In this document: positions 10,544 to 19,003 of the stretch, piece after piece
Layout: every line of letters starts with the position of its first letter
How positions within the stretch are numbered: position 1 is the first letter of the stretch
Assembly: GCA_963668425.1 (NCBI GenBank)
Contig: OY764332.1
Location: 595,896 to 659,895 of the forward strand
Reading direction: 5' to 3'
DNA length: 64,000 nt
Source of the DNA: Minisyncoccota bacterium
GTDB lineage: Bacteria > Patescibacteriota > Minisyncoccia > Phycocordibacterales > JABAAK01
Made by a program: the position numbers and the translations under genes
Notes under the pieces: generated by a model
What the model saw: only the letters and a program-made list of their open reading frames with translations
Told to the model about the DNA's origin: nothing
Database searches by the model: none

Positions 10544-11275
10544 TTACAGCATGTAGGTACCTGGTTTTGTCCATTTGCCAATTTTGGTTCGTTTGATATG
10601 CGTGGTAACGGTTGGGCAGTCAATGTGATTGCCGATTTTGTGGACGATGGCGCGGATATATGTTCCACCACTTGCGGTTATGGTTGCTGAGTACTGCTGT
10701 AGTGTTCGGTTGGGTAGTGCTTGCCATTGCTGTACTACTTCTTCTTGTCGGAAATCGCCGATTACGTTTTGTATAGTGTTTATGATTTCTTTCGTGAGGA
10801 TGTCTGTGGTTGTGGCGTGTGTGTTGGTGATCTCGTGTTCTGTTATTCGTATTGTGCTGGTTGGCACAGATATGGTGTGCAATGTGTTTTCACGCGCGTA
10901 CTGAAAAAGTGGTACGCCGCGCACTGTTTTTGAAGAGTAGGGTGGGTAAGGGAGGGTCTGAGTATTTATAAGTGCTTTGATGACCTGTTGTATTTTCTTG
11001 TTAAGAGGTTTTTTAGGGTGGCGTGTATCTGTTATTTTTCCTAGGCAGTCATACGTGTCGGTGCTTATCCCGGTGATGAATGAGTATGTGTATGACTTGG
11101 TAAGATTGTAATACTGTTTTGCTTGTTTGCACTCTTCATTTTTAAGAACAAGCATCAATCCCTCTGCCATTGGGTCTAGGCGCCCTGCGTATGTGTATGT
11201 GTTAGTCGTAGTGTCAAACAGTCGTTGTATGCATTGTAGCGGTGTTTCACCGACTTGTTTGTAAACGATATGCAT
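10544..11275 (-). CDS. truB: tRNA pseudouridine(55) synthase TruB
   Basis: 243 aa; catalytic motif 'AGRLDPMAEGLMLVL' and C-terminal 'SGGTYIRAIV'. Confidence 0.75.
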   Translation of the reverse strand: MHIVYKQVGETPLQCIQRLFDTTTNTYTYAGRLDPMAEGLMLVLKNEECKQAKQYYNLTKSYTYSFITGISTDTYDCLGKITDTRHPKKPLNKKIQQVIKALINTQTLPYPPYSSKTVRGVPLFQYARENTLHTISVPTSTIRITEHEITNTHATTTDILTKEIINTIQNVIGDFRQEEVVQQWQALPNRTLQQYSATITASGGTYIRAIVHKIGNHIDCPTVTTHIKRTKIGKWTKPGTYML

Positions 11276-11477
11276 TGTTGTAGTTATACACTATATTGTG
11301 TTTGTGCACACATATACACAGGGTGCTTTATGAGTATTTTTTTATGGTATTCTAATGGTAATAGGGTAAAAACTTATAGGACGTCACCCTAGGAGCAAGA
11401 GCCGCTGGTCATTCAATCAGCGGTTTTTGTATTTTTAAGATAGCAAGTAATTTATTGTATAGTAAGGGTGGAGGAAT

Positions 11478-11548
11478 TGCCGGGTCGTCTAATGGTAGGA
11501 CGCTTGGTTCTGGCCCAAGTAATCTAGGTTCGAGTCCTAGCCCGGCAG
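11478..11548 (+). tRNA. tRNA-Gln (anticodon CUG)
   Basis: Cloverleaf by eye: U1:A72 acceptor pair typical of bacterial tRNA-Gln, anticodon stem CTTGG/CCAAG with loop TTCTGGC, T-arm GGTTCGAGTCC; CCA not encoded. Confidence 0.8.
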
Positions 11549-11637
11549 CTTACCTCAAACATTTGCAAAATAGTGCTAACAAGGACACAAAATGAGAAAA
11601 AGGTCAACGGTGTTGTTTTTTGCAGGAAAGTTGTATA

Positions 11638-11829
11638 ATGGGTGTAAAGAAGGAGGTGAGACACGCTAGTGATACATGCGATGGTAATTTTGATTGGTTC
11701 AGTATCTATCCCTTTTGTAATAAGGTTGTTGGTGGTGCAGATGCAAAGAGTGAAGAAGAGGAGGCAGTTGAAAAAGAGGTTGGAAAGGATACGGATAATC
11801 AGTTCAGTGTAATTTGGTTGTTCCAGTAG
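11638..11829 (+). CDS. Small acidic hypothetical protein (or non-coding transcript) with its own terminator
   Basis: about 63-aa ORF preceded by TATAAT at 11625-11630 and GGAGG-like SD; followed by hairpin terminator 11827-11864. Confidence 0.2.
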   Translation: MGVKKEVRHASDTCDGNFDWFSIYPFCNKVVGGADAKSEEEEAVEKEVGKDTDNQFSVIWLFQ

Positions 11830-11864
11830 CCCGGTACTAATAAGAAGTCCGGGCTACTCTTTTT
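11827..11864 (+). terminator. Rho-independent terminator (TAGCCCGG…CCGGGCTA + T-run)
   Basis: 8-bp GC-rich stem, 14-nt loop, TCTTTTT tail. Confidence 0.55.
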
Positions 11865-11869
11865 ATAAT

Positions 11870-11978
11870 GAGTGCTCAGGAGAGGAATCTCACTTGACGG
11901 TGCCAGAACCATTGAAAAAATGTCTGCGGGGCGCAGTATACATTTTTTCAATGGTTCTCGGCGCTCCGCTATCGCTCC
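11870..11978. repeat. 109-bp 'X' repeat copy A (starts with tRNA-Leu 3'-end core GAGTGCTCAGGAGAGGA; contains 19-bp-stem hairpin)
   Basis: Near-identical copies at 14126-14234 and 14476-14584; internal inverted repeat AGAACCATTGAAAAAATGT…ACATTTTTTCAATGGTTCT around CTGCGGGGCGCAG. Confidence 0.8.
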
Positions 11979-12106
11979 ACAGACAACACCTCGCCCGTTC
12001 AAAAATAAGATGGGCGTGCATACGCACCACCGTTTTATTTTTTCACTCTCTGGCTCGGTATGTCTGTTTCGCTTCGTTTTCCCACCTTTGTGTATACTAT
12101 ACGTAC

Positions 12107-12979
12107 ATGACAGTTAGCACCATAGAAAAAATTGATTTGTTCAATCAGGAGACCAAATCTAAGGTAAAAGCTGATGTTATTCTCGGAGATTGTCTTGATG
12201 TCTTAAAAAAGATGCCAGATGATTCTATTGACTTTGTTGTTACTTCACCCCCCTATGCAGATCAAAGAAAAAGTACCTATGGCGGAATTCATCCTAATGA
12301 ATATGTTGAATGGTTTTTACCGATCACGGCGGAACTCTTGCGGGTTTTGAATCCGAAAGGAACATTTGTCTTAAATATCAAAGAAAAAGTAGCAAATGGA
12401 GAGCGCCACACCTATGTTATGGAAATGATTATTGCAATGAGAGAACAGGGGTGGTTGTGGACAGAAGAATTTATTTGGCACAAAAAGAACTGTTTCCCGG
12501 GAAAATGGCCGAACCGTTTCCGTGATTCATGGGAACGACTCCTGCAGTTTAATAAATCAAAAAGTTTTAATATGTATCAGGATGAAGTGCGGGTACCTAT
12601 GGGTGACTGGGCAAAGACACGTTTAAAAAATCTTAGTGAAACAGACAAGAAAAGAGACAATTCAAAGGTCGGCAGCGGTTTTGGAAAAAATGTTTCTCAA
12701 TGGGTTGGTCGCGAGTTAGCGTATCCGACTAACGTATTAACGATAGCAACAGAAACTTCAAACAAAAAGCATAGTGCCGTTTTTCCTAAAGAATTACCGA
12801 GTTGGTTCATAAAATTATTTACTCAACCCGAAGATGTTGTATTAGATCCATTTTTGGGTTCTGGCACCACGTCAGTCGCCGCATTTCAGATTGATCGTAA
12901 CTCAATAGGAATTGAAATTCAAGAGGAGTATTGTCAGTTAGCGATTGATAATATAAATAAACAGAGGGAGCAGGCATGA
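12107..12979 (+). CDS. DNA methyltransferase, beta-class N6A/N4C (type II R-M)
   Basis: 290 aa from internal ATG (the listed ORF start at 11894 is an artefact of the upstream repeat); motif IV 'VVTSPPYAD' N-terminal, motif I 'DPFLGSGTT' C-terminal (beta-class order). Confidence 0.85.
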   Translation: MTVSTIEKIDLFNQETKSKVKADVILGDCLDVLKKMPDDSIDFVVTSPPYADQRKSTYGGIHPNEYVEWFLPITAELLRVLNPKGTFVLNIKEKVANGERHTYVMEMIIAMREQGWLWTEEFIWHKKNCFPGKWPNRFRDSWERLLQFNKSKSFNMYQDEVRVPMGDWAKTRLKNLSETDKKRDNSKVGSGFGKNVSQWVGRELAYPTNVLTIATETSNKKHSAVFPKELPSWFIKLFTQPEDVVLDPFLGSGTTSVAAFQIDRNSIGIEIQEEYCQLAIDNINKQREQA

Positions 12980-13737
12980 AAAAACTAAACTACAGAAAAC
13001 TAAACACCTTTATTGCATCAGATGTAATAAAACCCTTTTATGAAATGCGACTTGAACGACTTGAATCTGCAAAGTTGTCTGATATTTCAAAACAAAAAAA
13101 TCCATACCTCTTCAAAGCGAAGAATATTGAAACTGCCGGAGATCTAGCGAAAGGTATCCTTAACGCTTTTTTGTCATCACAGGAAGAAACAATGTTCGGT
13201 GACCTTATGGAGCGCCTTGCTGTCCATGTTTGTCACGAAGTTTTTGGCGGCAAAAAAGCAAAGGAAGGAAAATATAGGAGTGTCGATTTAATATTTGAAC
13301 GTGATAAAAAGATATATGTTGTTGGAATCAAATCCGGACCAAATTGGGGAAACTCTGATCAAGTGAGTATCCTCAGACGAAATTTAAAAACTGCCAAAAG
13401 CATGCTTCGCGCAAAAGTGGGAAAAAAGGAAATAGTATCTGTAAACGGATGTATGTATGGGCGTGACAATAAACCGCACAAAGTAAGCAAGAAAGATTCA
13501 GGCCTTAGTTATTATAAAATCTGCGGGCAGCCGTTCTGGGAACTCATTTCTGGAGATGATCAATTATACAAAAAGATTATTCAGCCACTCAGTAAAGAGG
13601 CAAAGAAAAAAGATGAGATCTTTAAAGATTTGTATTCCAAAAAAGTAAACGAAATGACGAAAGATACCGTTAATTGTTTTTATACTAACAATGATCTTGA
13701 TTGGGATAAAATTATTGAGTATGTTTCAAAAAAATAA
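12976..13737 (+). CDS. Putative cognate type II restriction endonuclease (uncharacterised family)
   Basis: 253 aa, start overlaps methyltransferase stop (ATGA coupling); size and position typical of a REase; no unambiguous PD-(D/E)XK motif assignable by eye. Confidence 0.45.
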   Translation: MKKLNYRKLNTFIASDVIKPFYEMRLERLESAKLSDISKQKNPYLFKAKNIETAGDLAKGILNAFLSSQEETMFGDLMERLAVHVCHEVFGGKKAKEGKYRSVDLIFERDKKIYVVGIKSGPNWGNSDQVSILRRNLKTAKSMLRAKVGKKEIVSVNGCMYGRDNKPHKVSKKDSGLSYYKICGQPFWELISGDDQLYKKIIQPLSKEAKKKDEIFKDLYSKKVNEMTKDTVNCFYTNNDLDWDKIIEYVSKK

Positions 13738-13740
13738 AGA

Positions 13741-14125
13741 CACCTTTGTTTTTTGATAAGTTGGTATATTATTCTCAGGCGATATTATCCGCGAGGAATA
13801 CACCCACAAGAAACAGAAACTCCTTGCTGAAAAAGCGGACACCAGAGAAAACCTGCGGAAGGACTTGGACGGTGCTGTTGCGTGGTTTGAACCCGCACTT
13901 TCCATACTTAACCAAGCAACTGCAATACCAAACGCTCTGAAAGATGCCGAACCTGCCGTTTTGGCGGATTGTTTCAGAGAGGTCGGTTTTGAACCCCACG
14001 CTTCGCGCCGAAACGATTGTATTCCAGCCACAGTGTGGTTGGAAAGCCCTGTATGACGGGCTGCGAAACAGCCCGTCTAAAAAGCCACATACGAGCGATA
14101 GCGAGTGTGTATCATTTGTTTCCTT
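13741..14125. other. GC-richer structured non-coding stretch (candidate ncRNA, unidentified)
   Basis: No convincing ORF; local GC visibly higher than surroundings; several strong hairpins, e.g. GACGGGCTG-CGAAA-CAGCCCGTC at about 14056-14078. Confidence 0.25.
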
Positions 14126-14475
14126 GAGTGCTCAGGAGAGGAATCTCACTTGACGGTGCCAGAACCGTTGAAAAAATGTCTGCGGGGCGCAGTATACATT
14201 TTTCCAACGGTTCTCGGCGCTCCGCTATCGCTCCGCTGACTCCATCCGTCAAGTTTTTGCTTCGCAAAAACCAATCGGCTATCGCCGACAGTTCTTGTTG
14301 TTTGTAAAGAGTATACTTGTTGTGTTTTGTGGTGGTGCTTGGTGTTTGGTGCTCAGGAGAGGACTTGAACCTCCATGGGATTGCTCCCACACGCCCCTCA
14401 AGCGTGCGCGTCTGCCCGTGCCGACAATCTTTGATTGTCGCTGATTATTAGTCGCCACCTTGGTGGCGGAGTCAT
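14126..14475. repeat. 350-bp tandem unit 1 (X repeat + spacer + pseudo-tRNA-Leu 3' half + two hairpins)
   Basis: Unit repeated head-to-tail at 14476-14825 with only a few substitutions; contains copy of tRNA-Leu positions about 22-3' end (14349-14412). Confidence 0.85.
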
Positions 14476-14825
14476 GAGTGCTCAGGAGAGGAATCTCACT
14501 TGACGGTGCCAGAACCGTTGAAAAAATGTCTGCGGGGCGCAGTATACATTTTTCCAACGGTTCTCGGCGCTCCGCTATCGCTCCGCTGACTCCATCCGTC
14601 AAGTTTTTGCTTCGCAAAAACCAATCGGCTATCGCCGACAGTTCTTGTTGTTTGTAAAGAGTATGCTTGTTGTGTTTTGTGGTGGTACTTGGTGTTTGGT
14701 GCTCAGGAGAGGACTTGAACCTCCATGGGATTGCTCCCACACGCCCCTCAAGCGTGCGCGTCTACCCGTGCCGACAATCTCTGATTGTCGCTGATTATTA
14801 GTCGCCACCTTGGTGGCGGAGTCAT
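14476..14825. repeat. 350-bp tandem unit 2
   Basis: Same as unit 1; pseudo-tRNA fragment at about 14699-14762; followed immediately by intact tRNA-Leu. Confidence 0.85.
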
Positions 14826-14828
14826 GAG

Positions 14829-14912
14829 TGCTCAGGAGAGGACTTGAACCTCCATGGGATTGCTCCCACACGCCCCTCAAGCGTGCGCGTCTACCAGTTC
14901 CGCCACCTGAGC
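14829..14912 (-). tRNA. tRNA-Leu (anticodon GAG), type II with long variable arm
   Basis: Reverse complement folds: acceptor GCTCAGG/CCTGAGC, anticodon stem CACGC/GCGTG with loop TTGAGGG, variable arm about 15 nt, T-arm GGTTCAAGTCC; CCA not encoded. Confidence 0.8.
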
Positions 14913-15154
14913 TGTATAGGTAGAGTATACCGCATTTGTCACTTCTGTATGGTATAGTATCAATAATGAGTTCGTTTTCTCGTGGCATCTTATTTTTGCG
15001 ATACCGATTTGTGTACTGTTTTGCGCGATTGTGTGGCAAGAATGTTGCTGATGCGACTGTTTCTGCGCGATGTGTATTGGCACATACAATCACCAAAGTA
15101 ATCAATACACGAACACAATCGTTGGCTAAACATATATGCACCAACTACTAATGA

Positions 15155-16357
15155 GTGAGTATGCAGGCAAGCCGTGAACAAGTACAAGCGTTATTTGAGC
15201 GAAACACCATTGCTGATGTCATTCCATCAAAGGAGGAATTTGAAAAACGATTAGTATCTGATAAGCCGTTTCATATCTATCTCGGCATAGATCCGACAGC
15301 AAAGCAAGTGCATTTGGGACACATTCAGAATATTCTGTTGCTTGAGGATTTGCGTAGGATGGGAGCAAAAATCACACTTCTTTTCGGATCATTCACTGGG
15401 TTGATTGGTGATCCGACCGGTAAAGAAAAAGCACGATCACAGTTAACGCGAGAACAAGTGCGGGAGCATATGCGCTCGTGGAAACGGCAGGTGTCTCCGG
15501 TGCTTGACTTGTCACTCTTGAGTAGTGCGCGAATTAACTATAATCATCGGTGGTTTGATACGGTTTCTTTGGAGCAATTTTTAACATTATTGCGAGAGAC
15601 AACTGTGCAACAGTTACTGGAACGAGACATGTTTCAAAAACGACTTGATTCCGGCAAACCATTGTATGCACATGAGATGATGTACCCGGTTTTGCAGGGG
15701 TATGATTCAGTTGCAATGCAGGTTGACGCGGAGCTGTGCGGAACAGATCAGACCTTTAATGCGTTGATGGGGCGAACAATGACGCAGCGGCACCTCAACA
15801 AAGAGAAATTTGTGGTAACCATGGAGTTGATACAAGCCGATGGGGTGCTGATGTCCAAAAGTGCCGGTACTGGTGTGTTTGTTGATATTGAACAGGGTGG
15901 TAATCACCGCATGTTTGGTGCGGTGATGGCGTTGCCTGATGGATTTATTGATCCGTTGTTTCGCGGATGTACCCGAATACCGATGGATGAGATCGCAAAG
16001 ATGGATGTGGGCGGAGGTGTGGCAACGAGAGATGCGAAACTGCGGTTGGCGCGGGAAATTGTCGGTATGTTTTGGGGGGTTGAGCAAGCAAAGGTAGCCG
16101 AGGAGAGTTATATCACACAATTTCGTGAAAAATCAGCACCGGACTCTGCATTGACCATTACTGTTAGTGAGGAGGTGTTGCTACTTGACCTTGTGGTTGA
16201 GCATACCGGCATTTCTCGGTCAGAGGCAAAGCGAAGGTTTGCACAAGGAGCAGTTTCCATTGATACTAAAAAAATAACAGACATCACTCATGCACTTACA
16301 AAGAGTAGTGCCGAGCGGGTGTTACGTGTTGGTCGGAAGGTGTTCCGAGTGCAGTAG
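15155..16357 (+). CDS. tyrS: Tyrosyl-tRNA synthetase
   Basis: 400 aa; HIGH-type motif 'AKQVHLGH', KMSKS-type 'LMSKSAGT', C-terminal S4 RNA-binding domain; GTG or nearby ATG start. Confidence 0.85.
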   Translation: MSMQASREQVQALFERNTIADVIPSKEEFEKRLVSDKPFHIYLGIDPTAKQVHLGHIQNILLLEDLRRMGAKITLLFGSFTGLIGDPTGKEKARSQLTREQVREHMRSWKRQVSPVLDLSLLSSARINYNHRWFDTVSLEQFLTLLRETTVQQLLERDMFQKRLDSGKPLYAHEMMYPVLQGYDSVAMQVDAELCGTDQTFNALMGRTMTQRHLNKEKFVVTMELIQADGVLMSKSAGTGVFVDIEQGGNHRMFGAVMALPDGFIDPLFRGCTRIPMDEIAKMDVGGGVATRDAKLRLAREIVGMFWGVEQAKVAEESYITQFREKSAPDSALTITVSEEVLLLDLVVEHTGISRSEAKRRFAQGAVSIDTKKITDITHALTKSSAERVLRVGRKVFRVQ

Positions 16358-16373
16358 GGTATACTACTGGTAA

Positions 16374-17213
16374 ATGCATACTAAAAAAGTAGTAAAAAGA
16401 AATGGAGTTGTGGTAGATTTTGATAAGAAAATCCTTGAGCGCTCATTGCTTCGCTCCGGTGCGGAGCGAGACCTTGCACGTGATATTACGATTGACATAG
16501 AGCAATTGATTCGGGATGGTGACTCAACAGATATGGTGTATAAAAAGGCGTTTGAAATGCTATATGAGCGGGCACGATCAGTGGCAATGCGGTACTCATT
16601 GAAAAAAGCGTTATTTGGTTTGGGTCCGACAGGGTTTCCGTTTGAAAAATTTGTTGCTGAACTATTTCAGCGGAAAGGGTATGCTACGCAAACTAATGTG
16701 CATTTACGTGGTGGCTGTATTGCTCATGAAGTTGATGTATTAGCAATCAGATCAGAGCGGGTTGCGATGGAAATCAAATTTCATAATGATATGCATATTC
16801 GGTCAGATGTAAAATCAGTGCTGTATGTGAAAGCGCGGTTTGATGATCTGCTGGGGCGGACTGTCTCAACATTTTCATTTCGAAAAAAGGGATCAGTTGA
16901 CAAGTGTATTTTAGTTACTAATACAAAGTTTACTAAAAATGCACTCGCCTACGCTAAATGTGCCGGTGTGTCCTTGCTCGGTTGGGGGTATCCGTTTCGT
17001 GATAATCTGCAATCCCTCATACAAAAAGTTGACGCACATCCAGTTACCTGTATTCCATCGCTTTCACCCTCACACATGCGTGCTTTGTTTGCTGAAGGAG
17101 TTGTAACGTGTAGAGGGTTGCTTGAACGGGATGATTTGCTACGCTCACTGCCGAATACTGATACTATTGTCTCTGAGGCAAAGATGCTGTGTCGACCAGA
17201 TGCTCGGCGATAA
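16374..17213 (+). CDS. ATP-cone domain protein fused to Mrr-like restriction-endonuclease (PD-(D/E)XK) fold
   Basis: 279 aa; N-terminal NrdR-like ATP-cone (VVKRNGVVVDFDKKIL), then 'FEKFVAELFQRKGY…HEVDVLAI…MEIKF' D…ExK signature. Confidence 0.5.
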   Translation: MHTKKVVKRNGVVVDFDKKILERSLLRSGAERDLARDITIDIEQLIRDGDSTDMVYKKAFEMLYERARSVAMRYSLKKALFGLGPTGFPFEKFVAELFQRKGYATQTNVHLRGGCIAHEVDVLAIRSERVAMEIKFHNDMHIRSDVKSVLYVKARFDDLLGRTVSTFSFRKKGSVDKCILVTNTKFTKNALAYAKCAGVSLLGWGYPFRDNLQSLIQKVDAHPVTCIPSLSPSHMRALFAEGVVTCRGLLERDDLLRSLPNTDTIVSEAKMLCRPDARR

Positions 17214-17223
17214 TTTTTATACT

Positions 17224-17994
17224 ATGAATATATACGCAACACGTAAAAGAAATATTTTTGATCCAGCAAGTGACGTGCCATTTGCGCTCTCACGTAGCAA
17301 GATAGATCTGTTTTTTCAATGTCCGCGATGCTTTTATCTGGACAGACGGCTAGGTGTCGCGCCGCCGCGTGGATTTCCATTTAATCTGAATGATGCGGTT
17401 GATTTGTTATTCAAAAAAGAGTTTGACACCTATCGGGTAAAAAAAGAACCTCACCCGCTGGTTGCTGCCGCTGGTTTATCACTAGTGCCGATGCAGCATG
17501 CACAACTGGAAGTATGGCGCAATCCGTTTGAGGGGGTGCGATATCATCATCAGCCATCAAACTTTATCGTGTTTGGTGGGGTAGATGATGTGTGGAGTGA
17601 CACGGACGGAGTGGTTACCGTTGTTGACTATAAGGCAACCAGCAAAGACAAGGAGGTAACTATAGATGCGCCGTGGCAGGATGCTTATAAGCGGCAATTG
17701 GAAGTGTACCAATGGTTGTTTCGTAACAACGGCTTTACTGTTTCTGATACAGGATATTTTGTATACACAAATGGAGATAGATCAGCTGAAGGTTTTCATG
17801 ACACCTTGCGATTCAAGACAAAGCTCATTCCATATGATGGTTCTGACAGTTGGATTGAAGATGTGTTGATGCGGGCAAAGGCAACTTTGATGAGTGATGC
17901 AATACCAGAGGCGGGAAGGTGGTGTGATTTTTGTCCCTACCGAGAAGCAGCAGGGAAGTCGTTTCGGGCGCATGCAGAAGAAACCACCTCATGA
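17224..17994 (+). CDS. Cas4-like/RecB-family PD-(D/E)XK nuclease with four-Cys cluster
   Basis: 257 aa from internal ATG; 'VVDYKATSK' (DxK), QxxxY-like 'EVYQWL'; Cys N-terminal 'QCPRC' and C-terminal 'RWCDFCPY' as in Fe-S Cas4/AddB nucleases. Confidence 0.55.
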   Translation: MNIYATRKRNIFDPASDVPFALSRSKIDLFFQCPRCFYLDRRLGVAPPRGFPFNLNDAVDLLFKKEFDTYRVKKEPHPLVAAAGLSLVPMQHAQLEVWRNPFEGVRYHHQPSNFIVFGGVDDVWSDTDGVVTVVDYKATSKDKEVTIDAPWQDAYKRQLEVYQWLFRNNGFTVSDTGYFVYTNGDRSAEGFHDTLRFKTKLIPYDGSDSWIEDVLMRAKATLMSDAIPEAGRWCDFCPYREAAGKSFRAHAEETTS

Positions 17995-18153
17995 TCTTTT
18001 GCTAGAGCGAAGATATGCATTAGAGCGTCTTGCTACAAACCCCAAACGTGAAAAACCTTCTTACCCACTACTACTACAGTGGTATACTAACAAGTGTAGA
18101 GGGCTTTTGCTCACTACACAATTATACAGATCTGTAATACATACTTAATTATT

Positions 18154-18831
18154 ATGTTTAGTGTAGCGTTATTATCATCAAGTGCTCAAAAGTTACTTGC
18201 TATTGTCTTCGGCATCTTACCACAGCTTATTGTCGCGATACTGATTGTACTCGTTGGGTGGGTAGTAGGCTGGCTCTTAGAACGGACCTTGCGAACCGTA
18301 TTTCGCAGTGTGCCGGTCTTTGATGAGACCTTACGAAACATCGGTCTTGACAAGGTACTGGAACGCGCAGGCATGCGTGTTGACCTCGGTAAGTTCTTCG
18401 GTGTCATCGTCAAGGTATTCGTCATGTTTGCCTTCCTCCTTGCCGCCTTTGATGTCCTCGGCTTCGGCGAGATCAACACCTTCTTAACTGAAACTGTCCT
18501 TGCCTACATCCCGAATGTCATCTCTGCTGCGTTAGTGATGGTACTCGGTCTGATTGTCGCTGACTTCGTCAGTAAAATCGTCTCAGGCAGTGCAAAAGTC
18601 ATCAAGGTACACGCAGGCCTTGCAACAAAAATCACCAAATGGTCAATCATCATCTTCTCTGCCCTCATCGCTTTCTCAGAACTCGGTGTCGCTCAGGAGA
18701 TCATTCAAGCAACCATCGGTGGCATCATCGCCGCAATCTCCCTTGCTCTCGGACTTGCCTTCGGTCTCGGTGGACAACAAGCCGCCTCTGACTTCTTAGA
18801 CAAAGTAAAAGGAGACATATCACATCGATAA
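18154..18831 (+). CDS. Polytopic membrane protein (conserved-TM-helix repeats, MscS-associated-like)
   Basis: 225 aa, about 5 TM helices with internally repeated pattern; followed by hairpin terminator. Confidence 0.4.
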   Translation: MFSVALLSSSAQKLLAIVFGILPQLIVAILIVLVGWVVGWLLERTLRTVFRSVPVFDETLRNIGLDKVLERAGMRVDLGKFFGVIVKVFVMFAFLLAAFDVLGFGEINTFLTETVLAYIPNVISAALVMVLGLIVADFVSKIVSGSAKVIKVHAGLATKITKWSIIIFSALIAFSELGVAQEIIQATIGGIIAAISLALGLAFGLGGQQAASDFLDKVKGDISHR

Positions 18832-18865
18832 CCGAATCAAAAAAAACAAGCACTTGTTTTACAAA

Positions 18866-18896
18866 GATCATCGCACTCGTTGCGATGATTTTTGTT
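18866..18896 (+). terminator. Rho-independent terminator
   Basis: ATCATCGCA-ctcgt-TGCGATGAT followed by TTTTTGTTTGTT. Confidence 0.55.
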
Positions 18897-18947
18897 TGTT
18901 GTGTGGATGGTGCTTTTAGTGGTGGTTGGTTATACAATGGTGGGTGC

Positions 18948-18977
18948 TTGACATATTGTCAAGCAGTGGGGTATACT
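18948..18977 (+). promoter_or_regulatory. Sigma70-like promoter; -35 TTGACA embedded in perfect palindrome TTGACATATTGTCAA, 18-nt spacer, -10 TATACT
   Basis: Consensus -35 hexamer 18948-18953; -10 at 18972-18977; palindrome 18948-18962 is a candidate operator. Confidence 0.45.
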
Positions 18978-19003
18978 GTATGCGAGTTTTAAGACACTCC
19001 TTT

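Noticed and set aside
11894-12106. N-terminal 71-codon extension of the methyltransferase ORF in the supplied track
   Set aside because: The extension is translated from the X repeat/hairpin and is not part of the methyltransferase; the real start is ATG 12107.
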